A DNA stretch of 64,000 nucleotides, taken from NCBI GenBank assembly GCA_963665125.2, contig CAXXUK010000001.1:1440001-1504000 (forward strand). Reading direction: 5' to 3'. The DNA comes from an uncultured Desulfarculus sp. Lineage in GTDB: Bacteria; Desulfobacterota; Desulfarculia; Desulfarculales; Desulfarculaceae. The position numbers and the translations under genes are program-made. The notes beneath the pieces were generated by a model. It was given only the letters and a program-made list of their open reading frames with translations. It was not told the DNA's origin and searched no databases. Of the stretch, positions 59,487 to 64,000 are shown in pieces; position 1 is the first letter of the stretch, and each line of letters starts with the position of its first letter.

Positions 59487-61595
59487 TTAGAACTCCGTGG
59501 AAAGCCAAACATAGTAGCTTCTGTCGTCGCCGGGGTTGAATCCCGCATCGTTGTCCCAAACGAAGCTGTAGTAAGACTCATCAAAGAGGTTCTTTATCTC
59601 GAGGCCCAGCGTGACTTTTTCCCACGTGTAGGCAAGGGACCAGTTCCAGACGGTGTAGCCACCATTCCTTGGGCGGGTGTTTGCCGAATTGATCTCGTAA
59701 TCTCCCTGCATCTCTATCCAGAGGTTGGAGCAGAAGCCGCAGGGGTGGGTGAAGTCCACGCCCGCCTTGGACACCCAGTCGGGGATGTTTTCGATGTCGT
59801 TATCCTTTATGCTCTGCAGCGAAGGTCCGGGATCTGTGTACTTGGCGTTGATGATGGAATAAGACCCCCAAACGGCCACCCACTCATGGGGACGTATGCT
59901 GGCGACGAAGTCCCATCCTTTTCGGGTTGTTTCGCCGGCGTTCACGTAATCGCCGGAGCCGTCGTTTTTACTGCGGACTTCGTCACTGGCCACCATTTGC
60001 CAATAATCGATGCGCGCCGATAGCCAAGTAAAGGGAGAGACCTTGACGCCCAGCTCCCAGCCGTCGTTTTTGGAATATTCGATATCCCGGGAAATGGCCG
60101 ATCCGGCGGAGTTTTGCCCGTATAGGGTCGGGACCGAGGGGGCCTGAAAGGTGCGGCCGTAGTTGCCGTAGAGGTTATAGCCTTCCCAGGGTGTTACGAC
60201 GAAGCCGACCTTGGGCTGCCAGATATAGCCCATGTCCACCATGTCGCTGGTCAACCCGCTGATCCTGTTGGTCAACTCGCCGTCCAGCTTGTCCACCCTC
60301 ATGGCTGCGGTCAGGCGCAGCCAGGTGTTGACGTCGCCGTCCGCCTGAACGTAGGTGCCCACTGAATGCCAGGTGGAGTCCCAATCGCGGGTGGGGCTGC
60401 CCTGGTGCACCCGGTTGTCGGTGACCCAGCGCTGCTCCAGGTTGTCCTGGTGTTGATAGTCCAGGCCCCAGTTGAGCATCAGCCGGGGAATCACCACGTC
60501 TTTGATCTCGTAGCTAAGGACGGATATCGCGCCCATTTGTTTGTCGTCGCTATAGCGCTCCTGCTGGGAGCCGGCCATGCTCCAGCGGCACCAACGGGTG
60601 CGTTCTATGGTCTGATAATAGGTCTTAAAGGACCAAACCAGATTGTCGGTAAAGGCGTAGTCCAGGTGGGCGCTGACATGCCCGTCGTCCTGCTTGCCAC
60701 CATCGGAAAGGGCAAAAGGAGCCGCTTGGGTGGGATTGTCGTCGGCTTGCTCTTTGGTCAGATAGCCGGGCGCGTCTGCATCCATACTAAAGTAACGGGC
60801 TATAATGCCCACCGAGAGGTCCTGGTCGTCTGTGGTATAAAACCATTTTCCCGAGGCGGAGCCTTTTTGCAGGTCTGAATGATCACGGTAGCCGTCGGTC
60901 TGGCGGTAGCCCACAAAGTAGGTTTGGCTGAAGTTGCCATCATCCTTGCCCGCGGCAAGGCCGGCGTCGTAGGTCTGGTAGCTGCCCGCCAGCAGGCGCG
61001 TATCCACGAAATTGCCCCCCCGCTTGGTATGCAGGTTGATGTCGCCGGCAATATTCTGTACGCCGTATCTGGGGTCGCTGGTTCCCTTGACCGTCTCGAT
61101 ATAGTCGATTTCCAAGGGAAAGTAAGGCTGCATATCCATACGGCCATAGCCGAAATTGTGGGGGATGCCATCGACGATCAGGGTGAGGGGGGCGTCATGA
61201 TTGGCGTCGTAGCCGCGCATGGAAATGGTGCCCGAGACCACTCCCTGGTTCCAGTCGCCGTAATACACGCCTGGGACCTTTTTTAAAAGCTCCATGCTGA
61301 AGTCGACGTTTTCCATCGCGATCTGGTCTGAGCCGATTACGTCCACCGAAGCGGGCTGGTCGGCGGATTCCAAATAGTCCGCACGTTCGGTAACGTTAAT
61401 CTCGCCGATCTTCATATAGACCTTTTTTCGCTCGGCCTCGGTTTCGGTTCCCGGTTGCACGCTGGAGCTCTCAGTATTGACGACCTTTGACCCTGGATCC
61501 GCCGCATCGGCCGTCCATGCCGGCATGGGCGCAGAGAGCAATCCAAACAGCGCCAGGCCCGGCAGAAAATGTTTTGTTAATGATTTAAAGTTCAT
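59487..61595 (-). CDS. TonB-dependent receptor
   Basis: Plug domain (LLKKVPGV, ISMRG, IETVKG..YG...AGDIN), NLFD near the C-terminus, terminal Phe. Start placed at ATG 61595. Confidence 0.93.
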   Translation of the reverse strand: MNFKSLTKHFLPGLALFGLLSAPMPAWTADAADPGSKVVNTESSSVQPGTETEAERKKVYMKIGEINVTERADYLESADQPASVDVIGSDQIAMENVDFSMELLKKVPGVYYGDWNQGVVSGTISMRGYDANHDAPLTLIVDGIPHNFGYGRMDMQPYFPLEIDYIETVKGTSDPRYGVQNIAGDINLHTKRGGNFVDTRLLAGSYQTYDAGLAAGKDDGNFSQTYFVGYRQTDGYRDHSDLQKGSASGKWFYTTDDQDLSVGIIARYFSMDADAPGYLTKEQADDNPTQAAPFALSDGGKQDDGHVSAHLDYAFTDNLVWSFKTYYQTIERTRWCRWSMAGSQQERYSDDKQMGAISVLSYEIKDVVIPRLMLNWGLDYQHQDNLEQRWVTDNRVHQGSPTRDWDSTWHSVGTYVQADGDVNTWLRLTAAMRVDKLDGELTNRISGLTSDMVDMGYIWQPKVGFVVTPWEGYNLYGNYGRTFQAPSVPTLYGQNSAGSAISRDIEYSKNDGWELGVKVSPFTWLSARIDYWQMVASDEVRSKNDGSGDYVNAGETTRKGWDFVASIRPHEWVAVWGSYSIINAKYTDPGPSLQSIKDNDIENIPDWVSKAGVDFTHPCGFCSNLWIEMQGDYEINSANTRPRNGGYTVWNWSLAYTWEKVTLGLEIKNLFDESYYSFVWDNDAGFNPGDDRSYYVWLSTEF

Positions 61596-61649
61596 AACCG
61601 TGCTGTCTTCCTTCCCATAGAATGGTTTTTCCTCTTCACCAATAGGCAC

Positions 61650-62168
61650 TTATTGTGTTTTGCGCTTGAGCCGCCGGGCTTGGAGCCAGAAGATCAGCCC
61701 GCTCAGCCAAAATATGGCCGAGATGCCCCAGACCGCTCGGCTCCAACGGGAAACAGAGGATGAGTCGGCGTTTGGTGACGATTCCTGGTCTTCCGGGGTG
61801 CCCGTGGACAAAGAGCCTGGGGTTGCCGACCAAGTCAGCTCAACCTGTCCCCGGTGCCCCAAGCCGTCCTTAAAGACGGCGGTGTAGGTTCCCGAACCGG
61901 CCGGGAACCATGCGAAACGGCCTTGGCGGTCGGCATGGCCAACCTGATGGACTGATTTGCTCGGCCCTGTGACCTTCACCTCGGCGAAGGACATTGGCTC
62001 GCCGTCGTCATAATTGCACTGGGCCCAGGCCGTGTCTCCTCCCTTACCGGACTGGGCTACTACGCCGTGGGCCAGGGCCGGCTGGGGTAGGGCCAATAGG
62101 ACCATGATGGCCAGGGCCGCCCCCCAACGTCCCTGGCGCGGCAACAAATGAATAAAGGTTTTTTTCAC
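61650..62168 (-). CDS. CbiL/NikL-like accessory membrane protein of Co/Ni uptake
   Basis: Signal peptide ending ALA-HGV, YDDGEPMSFAEVKV, G.ADRQGRFAW, DGLGHR, single C-terminal TM. Confidence 0.65.
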   Translation of the reverse strand: MKKTFIHLLPRQGRWGAALAIMVLLALPQPALAHGVVAQSGKGGDTAWAQCNYDDGEPMSFAEVKVTGPSKSVHQVGHADRQGRFAWFPAGSGTYTAVFKDGLGHRGQVELTWSATPGSLSTGTPEDQESSPNADSSSVSRWSRAVWGISAIFWLSGLIFWLQARRLKRKTQ

Positions 62169-62502
62169 CAGAAACCTCCGTTTTTGGGCAATGGGTAATC
62201 GGGTTGGACAAATGAGAACGAGGGCTCAGGGCGGCCCAGGCCTAACACCCGCGTATTGTATGGGGGCCTGTTTGGGTGGAGTGTACGCAGACACCGCCTC
62301 GTGTAGACGCCTGGCCGGGCCATGCGTCAAACGGCCTTTCCTGGTGACCTTTGCAGCGATATTTCGGTGGCTCCGCCAAATGTGCTGCCGGCCGCGAGAC
62401 ACGCTGTCCGCCGAGACGGTATGAGCTTGGATTCCAACTCCAGCCAAAGTTCGCTCTTTTCCGTTTGTCTTCGGAGTTGACCGCTAGGAGTCAACCGGGC
62501 CT

Positions 62503-62554
62503 AAAAAACAAAAAGGTCCGGTAAAACACCGCGTTCAGCGTTTTACCGGACCTT
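62503..62554 (-). terminator. Strong intrinsic terminator inside the leader of the metal-uptake operon
   Basis: Minus strand: AAGGTCCGGTAAAAC-N12-GTTTTACCGGACCTT-TTTGTTTTTT. Confidence 0.85.
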
Positions 62555-62954
62555 GCAGGTCCTAATTTTTATTGTGATAACAACTGACGATGCCCGGCGG
62601 TTACTCCCACCGTCGCCGTCTGGTCATGCGGCCAGTTTCATCTGTCCGAGTTGCAGATTTAAGAAATAGTAATTTGAACGGCGTCTCTTCTAAGAAGCCA
62701 TATTTCGTTGAGTAGTCTTTCTAGCTGAATTTCGGACCAGGGTCAAGAAGAATTGATTTACTTCATTAACACGGGTACTTGGATAAATAAATATAGGAAG
62801 CTGTTTTCAGCGAAGTGATATTACATGCTCCGGAGTAGGGCTATTATTAGCGGATTTCCGACCAAAGGACCAATGCTCACCGCATGCGGCACAAGCACAC
62901 AAAGCCGCAAGCCGCAAGTGTAATTTCGTGATAATTGCACGGCCAACCTCTGAA

Positions 62955-64000
62955 TGATCTTCCCCACAAACGACGGACAGTTTACTAAGCGACTATTTGG
63001 TTTTCAAAGGCCAGCGGTCTGATGTAGCCATTGGCACTGTGCCTCCTGGTTCGGTTGTAGTCAACCTCGATATACTCGAATACGGCCCGGCGTAAGTCCT
63101 GTCGAGTGGCGAAGCTTTCGCCATGAACCAACTCCACCTTGAGGGTATGGAAGAAGCTTTCGGCCACGGCGTTGTCATAACAGTTGCCCTTACCGCTCAT
63201 GCTGCAAACCAGTTCACGTTTGGCCAAGAGGGCCTGGTATTTCCGGGAGCAGTACTGGCTGCCACGATCCGAATGGACCATCACACCTTTGGGCATATGC
63301 CGCCGCCACAAGGCCATCTGCAATGCGTCACAGACCAGGTCGGCTTTCATACGCTTATCCATGGCCCAGCCAACCACCATGCGCGAAAACAGGTCGAGCA
63401 ACACTGCCAGATACAACCAGCCCTCGCCGGTCCAAAGGCAGGTGATATCGCAGACCCACCTCTGATTTGGAGCGGTTGCGCTAAAATCCTGGGCCAATAG
63501 ATTTGGAGCCACCGGCAGACTATGGCCCGAATCCGTGGTGGCCTTGAACTTCCTGCCCGCTTTAGCTACAAGGCCCTGCCTATTCATGCTTTTGGCCACT
63601 GTTTTGCGGTTGTATTTGCAGCCCTGCTCATCAAGATCGAGAGTCAGCCCAACTGCTCCGCTACGGCCCTTGCGAACTTCAAAGGCTTTTTTCACCAGGT
63701 GATCGAGTCTCTCACGCTCCATCTGCCTTTTACTGGGATTTTGCAGCCTGCGCCGCCGGCCATAATACCCGCCACGCGATACACCAAAGGCAAAACACTG
63801 TGCCGTGATGCTGAATGTGCCTGCGTTTTGCTGCATGAACGCGTACTTCACTTCAGGCTTTTGGCGAAGTCTGCGGCGGCCTTTTTAAATATGGCCAACT
63901 CCTCTTCTTTCTTGGCCAACTGCCGCTTCAGCTTGGCGTTTTCAATTTCCAATTCCTTTTCGGTTTCATTGCGGCCGGCCTCATAGCGAGCCTTTTTGCG
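62955..64000 (-). mobile_element. IS3-family element, copy 5 (orfB 62985-63851; runs off the window end)
   Basis: IRR TGATCTTCCCCACAAACGACGGACA; orfB nearly identical to copies 1-4. Confidence 0.95.

Noticed and set aside
62170..62660. Cobalamin riboswitch, expected upstream of a TonB/cbiL-like operon
   Set aside because: The conserved B12-box and GGGAA elements were not found by eye; reported instead as an unidentified structured leader.

Overview
The window looks like the chromosome of a GC-rich Desulfobacterota-like (delta-proteobacterial) organism; this assignment is inferred from gene content. Bases 1-26.2 kb are mostly core genes: FAD oxidoreductase, trpS, acyl-CoA ligase, two SurA/PpiC chaperones, a lone sigma54-preceded flgE, mfd, a degenerate RtcA-like gene, motAB, FapA/DUF342, a CNT transporter, ABC-F, a BtrH-like gene and an ADP-ribosylglycohydrolase. 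This part ends at tRNA-Lys(CTT), 26160-26235. From there to the window end is a heavily eroded island. It holds a tRNA-targeting integrase cut by an IS, five copies or partial copies of one 1256-bp IS3-family element, two other IS3-family elements, and remnants of IS21, IS256 and IS481 elements. It also holds a frameshifted tyrosine recombinase with a dif/res-like site directly beside a type I-C CRISPR array (51 identical repeats, 50 spacers). Only the last ~40 codons of cas2 survive next to that array, cut by an IS. Other island content: dnaE2-like and pilB/gspE-like remnants, an intact sigma54 two-component/TauE/PEP-utiliser/USP module, a low-GC block of decaying genes, and a TonB-receptor/DUF4198 metal-uptake operon preceded by a structured leader and terminator. 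All calls were made by eye; no database searches were run.
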